Source of the DNA: a virus
Lineage: Duplodnaviria > Caudoviricetes
Reading direction: 5' to 3' (one strand)
Virus record (IMG/VR): IMGVR_UViG_3300033120_000387
Location: 36,108-100,107 of that record
Length of the DNA stretch: 64,000 nucleotides
Shown: positions 50,400 through 60,900 of the stretch, in pieces
Position numbering within the stretch: position 1 is the stretch's first letter
Layout: the number at the start of each line of letters is the position of its first letter
Translations under genes and position numbers: made by a program
Notes under the pieces: generated by a model
What the model was told of the DNA's origin: nothing
Database searches by the model: none
Seen by the model: the letters and a program-made list of their open reading frames with translations, nothing else

Positions 50400-51038
50400 T
50401 TATTCCTCCTCTTTTATTCTAACGGGTATTAACAACCCAAATTCTCCATCCAAATCTAAGCTTGTTAAGCATGGAATTACATTGCTTGTAGTACAGTATA
50501 TAGTATCTGTTTTAAACGCCTTTAACATCTCTAATAAATATTCAGCATTAAAACCAATTTGCCATGACTTATCATTATGTATGATGTGGTCGGTTGTTAA
50601 TATATACGGTGTAGTAATTAGATTTTTTTCTGCTTTTCTAATCTTTACAAAAGCCTCTAAGTCTAATATATCGACTTTAATCTCTTGGGTATACATATCT
50701 GTATTAGAAATTACTTTTGATATATCTATACTACTTGGTTCTTTCAATTCTTCATTTTTAGGATAACCGTAATCATCGTTTATACAATACAATCTATAAC
50801 TATCTGTAAAAACCCTGTTGTTCTTATATGGATAAGAACCTTGAATGATATTTGGATTATTAATATTTTTTAGCACTTTTTTAATCGCATTATCCATTTT
50901 CAAACCCTTAATCTTGCAGGATTCTTTTCTGATTTCTTCTTCTAATTCTTGCTTTAATGATATAATGTCGAATATGTTCTGTGTTAATAAATAATTGTTC
51001 ACTTTTTTTAATATTGTTTCTGTTTTCATTTTTTTCAT
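50400..51038 (-). CDS. Truncated beta-sliding-clamp-like protein
   Basis: TDSYRL, IGFNAEYLLE.L and LLIPVR resemble DnaN domains II-III. Confidence 0.55.
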   Translation of the reverse strand: MKKMKTETILKKVNNYLLTQNIFDIISLKQELEEEIRKESCKIKGLKMDNAIKKVLKNINNPNIIQGSYPYKNNRVFTDSYRLYCINDDYGYPKNEELKEPSSIDISKVISNTDMYTQEIKVDILDLEAFVKIRKAEKNLITTPYILTTDHIIHNDKSWQIGFNAEYLLEMLKAFKTDTIYCTTSNVIPCLTSLDLDGEFGLLIPVRIKEEE

Positions 51039-51044
51039 ACCTCC

Positions 51045-51896
51045 TTACACTCTAATTCCAGTAATATCATAAAACACCTCAGCATCAAAATTTGGAATTT
51101 CTTGAATAATCTTTTTATTATCTACGGTTAATTTATCCCACCAAATTTTGCTCGCTTCTTTATATGAATATTCTTTTAACCAATAACCAATCATCTCTTT
51201 GTCTTTGTCGTTTTGTTTTTCTTCTTGTGTATACTCAATTAACTCTGTCAACAACAAAGGTTCAGATGTTAGTGCATCGTAATATCTACTATTATAAAAA
51301 TCTTTTAAACTCATTCCACTTGGACGATTGAAAATTCTAATATTCATATCTGACTCATTGCAAAATACACCGTTCGAGTAATCACATGAATTTCTATATC
51401 CACTATTCCCATTGCCACTATTCCCATTGCCACTATTCCCATCGCCACTGTTCCAATTGCCACTGTTCCTATTGCCACTGTTCCTATTGCCACTGTTCCA
51501 ATTGCCACTGTTCCTATTGCCACTATTCCCATCGCCACTGTTCCAATTGCCACTATTCCAATTGCCACTGTTGAACAATCCTGTATTATTATTCGTCAAC
51601 CCTTTTAAAATTCTTAGTTCATCTCCACAAATTTCTCTAACCACCCTAATATAATCCGAACCGCATTTATCATCTGATGATACAATTTCACCAAGTGGTT
51701 CTATGATGCAATACCTATTTGTTTCATTATCACACCCATAAAAAGAATGAACTTTTTGCAAACTGTCACAAAAATGAAATACCGTGTCGCTACATAACTC
51801 AAGTGGTTTACCATTGTTCTCAATCTTATATTCTTTGCCGACCTCAAACTGAAACCCTCTACATTTTAAATCCTTGTCAAATCCTTTAATATACAT
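51045..51896 (-). CDS. Phage protein with NSGxx pentapeptide repeats
   Basis: KGFDKDLKCRGFQFEVGKEY N-terminus, 12 NSGxx repeats, IPNFD..VF..ITG end. Confidence 0.8.
   Translation of the reverse strand: MYIKGFDKDLKCRGFQFEVGKEYKIENNGKPLELCSDTVFHFCDSLQKVHSFYGCDNETNRYCIIEPLGEIVSSDDKCGSDYIRVVREICGDELRILKGLTNNNTGLFNSGNWNSGNWNSGDGNSGNRNSGNWNSGNRNSGNRNSGNWNSGDGNSGNGNSGNGNSGYRNSCDYSNGVFCNESDMNIRIFNRPSGMSLKDFYNSRYYDALTSEPLLLTELIEYTQEEKQNDKDKEMIGYWLKEYSYKEASKIWWDKLTVDNKKIIQEIPNFDAEVFYDITGIRV
51393..51572 (-). repeat. 12 x 15-bp coding tandem repeat (NSGxx)
   Basis: Repeated gccact(g/a)ttcc units. Confidence 0.9.
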
Positions 51897-51942
51897 TTTT
51901 TTATTCCTCCTTTAAATAAAACAATCTCCATTTGATATACCT

Positions 51943-51971
51943 ATTATAGCATACACAAATGGAGTTGTCAA
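51943..51971 (-). promoter_or_regulatory. SigmaA promoter
   Basis: TTGACA-17-TATAAT with TG. Confidence 0.8.
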
Positions 51972-52011
51972 GTGGATTATTTAGTTATTTTATTTTATTT
52001 TATTTTTTAGA

Positions 52012-53025
52012 TTATTCTACATCTATTCCTAATAATGTAGCCTTAGTAACAAGATTATTATATATATTGTCTAAAGCCACAAGTTCTTCGTCAGTAGCCG
52101 ATGTTACTTTTCTACCTTCTCCTAATTCAACTTCAATCATTCTGTTAACATCATCAGGACATATTGACATTAATTTCATAACATAAGGCTTGATTATCTC
52201 AAAATAATCTTCTTTAGTGTAACTATCAGTTCGTCTAGTATAAGCTTCAATAATCGCCCCTTCTTCTTCAGCCGATTTCTCAACAGCCTTTTCGATAGCA
52301 TCCACTAATCCTTGTGCAGTAAATGGGTCTATAAATGTTTGTATTGCAAACCTTGAACGAGCAAACACATTTTTAGTTCTACGACAAATAGCCGTTGATG
52401 GAATTGTCTCAAATGTCTCTTTGTCTATTCCATTAGGTCTAAGATAAATACAAAAGTCACATAAATCTCTAAGCATACGCATTGAAGATTTTTCGTTTGA
52501 TGTACCTTTTGGCTGAATAAAGTTATATTTTTCACCACTAACCTCATCTTCAAGTTCTACTTTTTCTTCGTGGCAAATGAAACCAACAGTATATCCTAAT
52601 CCAGTTAGTTTATTTATTTGCATATTAAAATCGCTACGAGCAATTTTATATCCATTTTCACGACCTGTAATTTCACTTAAATCACGCACTCCAAATTGAT
52701 TACATACAGCACGCTCTGATAAGTCTACAAGGTTTTCTCCTGTATCAATTAAAATCGTTCTATATGTAGAGTACATATCTTCAAATGTAGACTCTTTTGA
52801 TAGCATAGACACCACATCTTTAAATTTTGACCAAGTATCAATAGGTAATTTTTTACACCTAACTGCACTACCACCACTCTCAGTCATCAATAATAGGGGT
52901 TTTTCTAGTTTGGTTAGTTGCTTTGTTTTCCCAGTATCATTCACCCCATACACCAATATCTTTTTTCCTGCCATTCCTGACATAAAAGCATCCTCACTAA
53001 GATTTAATAAGTCTAGTTTTGCCAT
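52012..53025 (-). CDS. Sak4-like/AAA_24 ATPase (single-strand annealing recombinase)
   Basis: YG...TGKT, ILIDT, FICH. Adjacent to SSB. Confidence 0.7.
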   Translation of the reverse strand: MAKLDLLNLSEDAFMSGMAGKKILVYGVNDTGKTKQLTKLEKPLLLMTESGGSAVRCKKLPIDTWSKFKDVVSMLSKESTFEDMYSTYRTILIDTGENLVDLSERAVCNQFGVRDLSEITGRENGYKIARSDFNMQINKLTGLGYTVGFICHEEKVELEDEVSGEKYNFIQPKGTSNEKSSMRMLRDLCDFCIYLRPNGIDKETFETIPSTAICRRTKNVFARSRFAIQTFIDPFTAQGLVDAIEKAVEKSAEEEGAIIEAYTRRTDSYTKEDYFEIIKPYVMKLMSICPDDVNRMIEVELGEGRKVTSATDEELVALDNIYNNLVTKATLLGIDVE

Positions 53026-53101
53026 ATATTATTTCTCCTTTCAATCCTTAAAAATTACAATTTCAAGGGTGAGTTTCCCCACCCTTATTATTTAGTCTAG
53101 T

Positions 53102-54073
53102 TTAAAATGGACAATCACTCTCTGGGTCGTCTACACTAGGCTGTGCTTTAGTCTCTCTGCCCTTTAATCCTTGAGGTTTAGATTCCTTTTTGCCATTTTT
53201 CTTTTCATTAATCTTAGCCTCAATCATAATGTCTCTTTCTTTCATAGCCGTCTTAACAGTGTCTAAGTCAATGAATAATTCATTTTCTTCTTCTAATGGG
53301 TCAGTACCACCAAATACAGATAATTCAGGTACGCTAAATCCACTTACAGCCTTGCTTTCTCTTCTGCCAAAACCACCTGTCTTAACCTGTTTCTTTACTC
53401 CAACATATTTAGATAGTACTTCAACATCTAATATAACATTACATCCTTGTTCATATAAATTACTAAAATCACTTGCCATATCCTCTTCTACAAATACCTT
53501 GTACGGAAGAATCGCACCATCTTTATCTAAAGCACAAATCTCGACAATAAGCCTACCAGTTTCTTCTTCGTCTTTATTCGTTTCTGGCTTGATGGTTCTA
53601 ATAATACCGCTTAATTTGCCATCTGCACAATCTTCTTCAGGAACGCCTGTACTTGTGCATGGGAAGAATCCTAGCAATTGCAATCTCGATGAAAAATCAC
53701 CCTTTTCTGTTGCATATTCATTCAAATTAATCATACCATCGAATTTAACTCTTGTAGCAGGGTTTTCATCAGTAGCTTTGATTTTAGTTACATAATCTTT
53801 CATAATAGTTACCATGCCATCATAATTACTGTTGTGTTCTCCCTCTTTATTCAACTCGTAAGTATTAATAAAATCAACATCAACAATATCTCCATTAACT
53901 TCAATGTTCATAGATGGATTCTTAAATTCCTTCTTGACTACTGCATTGCATTTAACTTTCTTACCTTTAATCTCAATTTCCTTTTCTTCGATACACATAT
54001 TAATCTCTGATAGTGTACCTACTACCTGAATGTTTCTAATTGACGGCTTAATTGTTTTTGCTTCTTTGCTCAT
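53102..54073 (-). CDS. Single-stranded DNA-binding protein (double OB-like)
   Basis: Acidic C-terminus DDPESDCPF, next to the Sak4-like gene. Confidence 0.6.
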   Translation of the reverse strand: MSKEAKTIKPSIRNIQVVGTLSEINMCIEEKEIEIKGKKVKCNAVVKKEFKNPSMNIEVNGDIVDVDFINTYELNKEGEHNSNYDGMVTIMKDYVTKIKATDENPATRVKFDGMINLNEYATEKGDFSSRLQLLGFFPCTSTGVPEEDCADGKLSGIIRTIKPETNKDEEETGRLIVEICALDKDGAILPYKVFVEEDMASDFSNLYEQGCNVILDVEVLSKYVGVKKQVKTGGFGRRESKAVSGFSVPELSVFGGTDPLEEENELFIDLDTVKTAMKERDIMIEAKINEKKNGKKESKPQGLKGRETKAQPSVDDPESDCPF

Positions 54074-54354
54074 AATTTTCTCCTTTTAATCTTTTAATTT
54101 AATTATTAATAACTTTAATTTTATAACCCATTTTTTAACTCAAATAATTCGTTTATTTTAACTCCTCCAATCTATTATAAATTTACCTATCCACATAACT
54201 GCAACACCTATCCACATAGTTACAATTACTAAATCGCTACAATAATCTTTTTTTATCATTCTAACTACTAAAATTATCATACAAACAAGAGCGGTTAATA
54301 CTCCTGCTATCCATAAAATAAAACCCATAATTTTCCTCCTTATATATTATATTA

Positions 54355-54933
54355 TTATTTAATATCATTGTCAAGAGATTTAAAACACAACTCCTTAAAA
54401 TATGGCAAATTTATAATCCATTCGCAAAATTGTTTCCATTCGGGAAGTCGGTGGTTATGCCTTTGATTATACATGGTCTTTAATTGCCCATAGTTAGTTA
54501 CAATTTGTGCTGTTAATTCAATACCACTTGGGATATTATAAAGCAATGTTAGATAATCTTCTTTATCTTGTGTTTTGTTATAAATATCCACTAATCTCCG
54601 TACTTCTACTCTAGTATTATCGGTAACATATTTATTAAAGCAATCGGTTTCGGCTATTTTGACAACCTTATGCATTGTAGACTGGCTTGATACAATTTCT
54701 GCAAAATGGTATCTTTCAAATTCCACCCATGCTTTATTTGTAAATGTTAGGTCAAATACTGCAATGATTCCATTTAAGTAATTATCGTGGGCTGACCCTC
54801 TTGGTGATTGACCTAATTTTTTTACCGTTGGTGTAATTTCTGTACTGCATTTATTAGTATCTACAGCCATTGGAAATTTACTTGCTCTTATCGCACCTTC
54901 TAAATTTGCTATTGTTACATTTTCTACTCTCAT
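54355..54933 (-). CDS. Conserved phage protein (possibly ThyX-like fold)
   Basis: HD..L, E..RYHF...SSQSTMH, TNY.QLKT.Y.QR..H.L.EW. Confidence 0.5.
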   Translation of the reverse strand: MRVENVTIANLEGAIRASKFPMAVDTNKCSTEITPTVKKLGQSPRGSAHDNYLNGIIAVFDLTFTNKAWVEFERYHFAEIVSSQSTMHKVVKIAETDCFNKYVTDNTRVEVRRLVDIYNKTQDKEDYLTLLYNIPSGIELTAQIVTNYGQLKTMYNQRHNHRLPEWKQFCEWIINLPYFKELCFKSLDNDIK

Positions 54934-55637
54934 TAGTTCTCCTCTAAAACTGCTTTAACATCATAATCATCACATTCACCATTAAATAAATCCTTGTATG
55001 ACTGTATTTTTCTTACTTGCCAATTATTAACAATACCATTTTTTATATCATCACTAATTGTATGTATTCCCATAACACCTATACCATCCGAATCAATAAT
55101 AAATGCTTTATTTCTGTCCCTATCTTGAGTATTATATATTTCAACCATATCACCTACAAACAACGGCTCACCAAATAGTGCCGTGATATTTGATGGTGTG
55201 CCAATGATTCCGTAATCATTTCTATATATTCCTTTTAGATAAGGTTTGAAAACATCTTTATTTTCCTCAAACAACCTATCCACACACAACTTAGCACCAA
55301 TCTCAAAATCAAATTCATCAATAGGATTTAATCTAGCCGTTGACCTCTTAACCACTTCTCCATCTTTCTTCATAACAGCATGAGTTGTTGTGCCTTTTGT
55401 TGTAATGTGGATTTCATAGTTGTTTTCGTTTGCTAAACCTTCAATCATAGATTCATTCCAAAGCCACCCACGAAAAGCATTTTCGTTACAATCTTCTTTC
55501 ATTTTATAGATATTATTATCAATTTCTTTTATAGTTAATATTTTACCTAACCATTTGTCCATAAAACCATCAACATTCCAACTCCAGCCCTCTTTTTTAC
55601 TAACAATCTTAACCCTATCCCCTACTTTATACTTCAT
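54933..55637 (-). CDS. Hypothetical protein
   Basis: MKYKVGDRV start; AR.NP.DEFDF.IGA.L motif. Confidence 0.6.
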   Translation of the reverse strand: MKYKVGDRVKIVSKKEGWSWNVDGFMDKWLGKILTIKEIDNNIYKMKEDCNENAFRGWLWNESMIEGLANENNYEIHITTKGTTTHAVMKKDGEVVKRSTARLNPIDEFDFEIGAKLCVDRLFEENKDVFKPYLKGIYRNDYGIIGTPSNITALFGEPLFVGDMVEIYNTQDRDRNKAFIIDSDGIGVMGIHTISDDIKNGIVNNWQVRKIQSYKDLFNGECDDYDVKAVLEEN

Positions 55638-55839
55638 AATATTATCCTCCTTTAATCCTCAATAAATTTATATCCTTTAATTTTACATAAATTAATATCC
55701 TCTTTACTAAGCCACTTTATCCATTTGCCACAATCATTACAATAAAGCCCTTTTTGCGAATCCTTAATAATAACGCTAAAATCTTTATCATTGCCACATT
55801 TGCATTTAAAATTCATAATATCCTCCTTAATTTTCCTAT

Positions 55840-55868
55840 ATTATACCATATTGGTCTTATGGTGTCAA
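55840..55868 (-). promoter_or_regulatory. SigmaA promoter
   Basis: TTGACA-17-TATAAT with TG. Confidence 0.8.
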
Positions 55869-55871
55869 GAG

Positions 55872-56522
55872 TTATTTTATAACCTCCTCTATCTTAACAA
55901 TCTCACCCTTCAACCATTCATTATTATTGAAATTGCCGTTATATTTTAACCCATTTTCTCCTGTGGCATAATCCATTTTATCTGTATCAACCACAAACTC
56001 AATAACGCTTTTATCCCATTTCTGCATAAATCCATTATCACAAGTATGTTCGTCAGCTTTTTCTTCTATTTTAACCACTTTTAATTGAGTGCCATTGTCT
56101 AATGTGAATATCCATTTTGTGCCTATGTTGCCAAAATATGAACCAAGAGCAACCCCAAGATATTCCATGTCAGCCGTTCTTATAAACCCATCTTCACATA
56201 TCACAACTTCATTGCTATTGTAGATGTACTGCCACTGTGGACTTGTACTATCTGTAATAAGTTTGTAGTCCATATAAGTCTTAGTAGAACTATTTGATAA
56301 AACAATTACTTCTCTTGTATAGCCTCGATTTGGCTCTGCGGTGTCATATTTATCATATGTGATTTCTTGTGTTTTTAAGGCTGTTTTAGCCTCTGTAAGC
56401 GATTTTTTAGGTGCGGTCGATAAATTATTCAATAAGATATTGAAAGTGTATTGTACGGGAACTGTGACCACTAAAATCGCTAAGATAAATATGATTAGAT
56501 TTTGCCTAATCAATGAGTTCAA
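55872..56522 (-). CDS. Membrane-anchored/secreted protein (possible double-psi-barrel cell-wall enzyme)
   Basis: N-terminal TM segment; KTYMDY..IT, VALGSY, .EKAD.HT, IEFVVD. Confidence 0.45.
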   Translation of the reverse strand: MNSLIRQNLIIFILAILVVTVPVQYTFNILLNNLSTAPKKSLTEAKTALKTQEITYDKYDTAEPNRGYTREVIVLSNSSTKTYMDYKLITDSTSPQWQYIYNSNEVVICEDGFIRTADMEYLGVALGSYFGNIGTKWIFTLDNGTQLKVVKIEEKADEHTCDNGFMQKWDKSVIEFVVDTDKMDYATGENGLKYNGNFNNNEWLKGEIVKIEEVIK

Positions 56523-57120
56523 AATCCCCTCCTAGTAGTTCCCTTATTTTTTGACGAGTGATTTTGCGTTTATTGCGTTTATATAATATTTTTAGTTTGC
56601 TCACATTTATATCTAGGCAATTATCATATATACATATACATTCAGGTGATTCAAATACTGTATCTATATTATAATCTTGATTAGGTAAATAATATAAATC
56701 TTCGCTAAATCCATCTCCTAAAAATACTGAATTACTACCCTTTTCAGCATTAAATATATTTAATCCATTCGCTAATTGAATCACCAAGCACAAACCCATA
56801 GCTTTTGTTTCAACTAACATAACTGCTTTTAAGTCGGATTTAGTGAATGGTTTGTCTTGATTGGACATAAAATCTGAGGCTTTTAAGATTGTATATTCAT
56901 CATACATATATATATCTACAATTAAATCATACTCACCCTCATTAAAATAATAAACAATACCTTCACTACAATTTTCCCAATTAGTTTCATTTAAATAAGA
57001 TTCGTTGCCATTCCATTTTCTACCATCTTCGTGCATTAACCTACAAAACCACTCAGCTTCTTCTTCAGTTTTACACCACATAACATATTTTCCTTTGTAA
57101 TCTTCAAAATTAAATTTCAT
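56506..57120 (-). CDS. Hypothetical protein
   Basis: C.TEEEA..F...HE.G.KW phage motif. Confidence 0.6.
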   Translation of the reverse strand: MKFNFEDYKGKYVMWCKTEEEAEWFCRLMHEDGRKWNGNESYLNETNWENCSEGIVYYFNEGEYDLIVDIYMYDEYTILKASDFMSNQDKPFTKSDLKAVMLVETKAMGLCLVIQLANGLNIFNAEKGSNSVFLGDGFSEDLYYLPNQDYNIDTVFESPECICIYDNCLDINVSKLKILYKRNKRKITRQKIRELLGGDFELID

Positions 57121-57143
57121 AATTATTTCTCTCCTTTATTATT

Positions 57144-57971
57144 TTATAACCCCATCGCCATAGCAACATTTCTAACCTCTTGATTTGTAGTATGCATATA
57201 CATCATTGTAGTAGAACAAGATGCATGACCTATGAATTGTCTTGCTGTCTCTATATCGGTTCTTTTAGCCACTTCTGATACACAAGTATGTCTAATGCTA
57301 TGATTATGTATATTGCCCTCTAAATCTGCTCTTTTAGCCAAACATTTCAAGGTGCGATTAATAACCGTTGGCTTCATTGGTGTGCTTTGATTGGATATAA
57401 ATAGATTGTTATATTTGCTATCTTTTCTAACCTTGAGATATTCATTGATATATTTTTGGCACACATCATTAAATATAATCTCTCTTGGTTTACTACCCTT
57501 AGTTGTCACAACGGCAATCTTAGCTTCATAATCCTCTAATGTTAAATTAACTAATTCGCTTGCTCTAAGACCTATCATAGCATAAGTGGCAATGATAGCT
57601 TTATCTCTAGGATTTTTACCTTGTTTGATAAGTTCTTTAATATCTTCCATAGTGTAATAGGTTTGCTCTCGTTCTTTGACTTTATCTTCTTTTAGTCTGA
57701 GACCCTTTTTACTGATGATAGGATTTGTGTCGATAGCCTCTAACTCATAATATAGATAATCAAAATATGAACGCAAGCAACGGATTTTCTGAGCCATTGA
57801 ATTTGTGCTGTATTGTTTTGAAAAATGCTCTTTGTAGTTGGTCAAGTCACCATATGTTATTAAATTGATATCTTTATTTATATACTCAAGCATTTGATTG
57901 ATATTGTATCTATATGCTGTTTTTGTGTTGTCACACTCGATTGTGTTTAAATATCTTTCTAAGTAATTCAT
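57144..57971 (-). CDS. Tyrosine recombinase (XerC/D-like)
   Basis: GLRASE, K, HSIR, GH and Y catalytic residues. ATG 57971 after GGAGG. Confidence 0.9.
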   Translation of the reverse strand: MNYLERYLNTIECDNTKTAYRYNINQMLEYINKDINLITYGDLTNYKEHFSKQYSTNSMAQKIRCLRSYFDYLYYELEAIDTNPIISKKGLRLKEDKVKEREQTYYTMEDIKELIKQGKNPRDKAIIATYAMIGLRASELVNLTLEDYEAKIAVVTTKGSKPREIIFNDVCQKYINEYLKVRKDSKYNNLFISNQSTPMKPTVINRTLKCLAKRADLEGNIHNHSIRHTCVSEVAKRTDIETARQFIGHASCSTTMMYMHTTNQEVRNVAMAMGL

Positions 57972-58003
57972 TTTTAATACCTCCACAATTAATTTGATAA
58001 CTC

Positions 58004-58032
58004 ATTATAGCATAAATATGGAGGTATGTCAA
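58004..58032 (-). promoter_or_regulatory. SigmaA promoter of the recombinase
   Basis: TTGACA-17-TATAAT with TG. Confidence 0.8.
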
Positions 58033-58692
58033 TAGATTTTTTAAAATAAATCAATAATAAACCAATACATATCTACAACAGCTATAACAAATCCCATTGT
58101 GCCTAATCCTAAATACATATAATTTTTCATTTTTATTTCTCCTTTCCATTTTCAAATTTTTAATAATAAATGCTAATCAAAAATCTCATTTTCGATTTAG
58201 ATTCTAAAAATCCATATTGATTACGATTTTGAAAAATGGATTTCGATTTTGCTCACTGTTGTTGCTCTGCTCATATACCCACATCTTAGGGGAAAATGGG
58301 CGAATATTGGGTCTAATTTCGATTTTATATCCATTATGGACTAATTGTTCATTAAGTGAATAAAAATCGATATAAGGGTCGATTTTAGCCTTATAATCCT
58401 ATGTCGATACAATGGTACAATCATCATGGTATAGATGTGGTTCTAATTTAAATGTATTTGTATGTGGGTTGAATATTAATGCCCGTGTTAAACACTCGTT
58501 AGTTTCGGTTAATAAAAAAATTAATACATCGAACTCCATACGATAGTAGTCTACAATAGTAAACGAAAACGCTTAATTTGTTTTATTGTAAAACTTAGAT
58601 AATGTAGGATAATTTGTTTCAAAATATTCTTTTATGTTTATTTTCATAGTAATTCTCCTTTTGCAATTCACATTGATTTAATCTATGTTTGG

Positions 58693-58721
58693 ATTATAAC
58701 ATAGGCAATTTGTGTTGTCAA
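58693..58721 (-). promoter_or_regulatory. SigmaA promoter
   Basis: TTGACA-17-TATAAT with TG. Confidence 0.75.
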
Positions 58722-59253
58722 GTATAAAATGAAAATTATTTTTTAAAATTGTTGTGGAGATTTTTAATTTCACGATTACCATTTGAAAAAGTCCCCGTGA
58801 TTCAAGTCGGCTCGATTACCCCCGCAAGTTTTATGAACTCGATTACCTAGAGAAATTGGTTTTCCACTTTTTTACAATTTTGGGAAAATTTTCCACATCT
58901 TACAATATTTTCCATTTATGTATTTTTTTAACATATTTTCCAATTCCTCCCATTTTAATTTTTTGCAGGTTGAGTGTTTCTCCCCTCAGCGTTCCAATTT
59001 CGCTGGCAGTCTTTGCTGTTAAAAAATTCCAATTATTTTTTAATGCTTTTTATTTAATTTTCTATATTCTATCATACTTTTAGCAGCTTTACAAGTAATT
59101 TTTTATAAATAATTAAAGTTGTAATATTCTGAATTGTCTGAATATTCTGTAAATATTTTTACCGTTCACTTCATTATACCATATTTTTTATAGTTTTGTC
59201 AACTACTTTTTTAAATATTTTTTAAATTTATTTTTACTATTTCCTGATACACT

Positions 59254-59357
59254 TTTTAAGGCTTTATTTTAAGTTTTAAGCCCTTTTTATATCATCATTG
59301 ATAAATTATACCTAAAAGCTATTAAAATCCTTTAAAACTTAAAATAAAGCCTTAAAA
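59254..59357. repeat. 26-bp perfect inverted repeat with 52-bp spacer
   Basis: ttttaaggctttattttaagttttaa / ttaaaacttaaaataaagccttaaaa. Confidence 0.9.
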
Positions 59358-59388
59358 TGATATAAAGAAGCAATAAAAAAAAGAGGCT

Positions 59389-59634
59389 TTACGCCTCTTC
59401 GATTAATATTTTTTTTTCTAAAATAGGATTAATACTTTTAGAGTCCATGATATGAAATCTTCCTCTCTTTGCTATTCCTTTTATATCAATTATTTTTTGC
59501 CCATAAAATCCAGCGTTTTGACTATAAAATATTTGATATACGCCAATATATGATACTACATATTTTTTATTTTCATATATTTGTTTAGCTTCATCTTTTA
59601 ATAACTCTACATTACCTATTTTTATAATTTCCAT
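59389..59634 (-). CDS. Hypothetical early-type protein
   Basis: RBS and own promoter 59675-59703. Confidence 0.6.
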   Translation of the reverse strand: MEIIKIGNVELLKDEAKQIYENKKYVVSYIGVYQIFYSQNAGFYGQKIIDIKGIAKRGRFHIMDSKSINPILEKKILIEEA

Positions 59635-60164
59635 TTTTACCCTCCTATTAGTTAAAGCTTTATTTTATATTCTAATATTACTATATTAATTATAGCTTGT
59701 CAATGTATTTATTTAAATACATAAATATTTATAATATTCTAAATATTCTTACAATTAAAGTTACCGTTCACTTCCATTTTACCAAAAAAATTATATTTTG
59801 TCAAGTGTTTTTTTGAAAATATTTTTAAATTTATTTTTTAATTTTTTATTGACAAGATAAAAAATATATGATATTCTGAAGAGGGAAAGTATAAAGTATA
59901 AAAAAAATAAAAGAGTATAAAACATATGTTCTTAAAGAATGTATGTTCTTTTTATAGATATAAAAAAATAGGCTTTTCAGCCTATTTAATTATGATATTA
60001 TATATGTACCTTTTTTACAATTTTATCCTTTTCATCTTATTTTCTAATACCTTTAGTTCTTGCGTTTGATGGTTATATTCCATTTGCACAGTTTTACCAT
60101 CTTTTAACATTTTTTCTAATACTGTTACGATTTCTGCTATACTAATATTTTTAGTTGCCATATA

Positions 60165-60407
60165 TTAAACCCCCATTCTAATACATTCATTCATAGGCAC
60201 TTTGTACCCATGCAAGCGGACAAAGCCGCCGTTATTGTCATAGTATATTTTTAGCTTGTGGGGCGTTTGCTTTGACTTTGCACCCCACGCCCCGGAAACA
60301 CAAAGCAAATAATCATTTATACCATATTCGATTTTTTTAATCTCAAGCCCGGAAAAGCCACTATAATATGCAACGCTTTTCATGTTTAAAATATCCGTTT
60401 TTTTCAT
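60165..60407 (-). CDS. Hypothetical early-type protein
   Basis: RBS and own promoter 60451-60479. Confidence 0.65.
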   Translation of the reverse strand: MKKTDILNMKSVAYYSGFSGLEIKKIEYGINDYLLCVSGAWGAKSKQTPHKLKIYYDNNGGFVRLHGYKVPMNECIRMGV

Positions 60408-60579
60408 TGTGTAACCTCCTGTAAGTTACCTTAATTTAATTTACAAGTATATATTACTATATTATTCTTTACTTGTCAAACACTTTTTTATTTTTCAATC
60501 CTCCTCTTAATACTCAAATCCTTTTTCGTCTATTCCAATAGGCTGCAATTCACTCAACGGCAACGGCTTCAAAATTTCT

Positions 60580-60900
60580 TCAATATTCATTTTTCAATTC
60601 TCCTTTTTGATTTTAATTTTGAATTTCAAATTTGATTTTTAAAGCATTCATTGTATTTTTTCTCGAAATCTTCAGATGTTAACCTATTGTTTTTATCCCC
60701 TCCATCTATCCAGTTTAAATGCTTTCCTGTTGTTATTCCCAGTCATTTTTATGCACATATTTTTTACCATTATATGTAAATGCTACTAATGTTTCATAAC
60801 TAAAATAAAATCTTTCTTTGTTATGTTCAAAGCATAGAGTATTTACGCCGTAATTGTTACTGCTTTTATAATTTCCATAATTAAAAAATTTTGCCTTCAT
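60580..60900 (-). pseudogene. Frameshifted small phage gene (or sequencing error)
   Basis: FSYETLVAF...NDW stops at 60733. TTGKHLNWIDGG continues in the shifted frame. Confidence 0.5.

Noticed and set aside
51393-51572. CRISPR array or contingency repeat
   Set aside because: 15-bp in-frame coding repeats with no spacers, a common phage pentapeptide domain. The overlapping repeat ORFs are shadows.
54188-54217. Two CTATCCACA DnaA-like boxes
   Set aside because: Each has a mismatch, and they fall in a small hydrophobic minus-strand ORF.
57144-57986. Integrase marking a prophage boundary
   Set aside because: Phage-type genes continue on both sides. No att site or host genes are visible.
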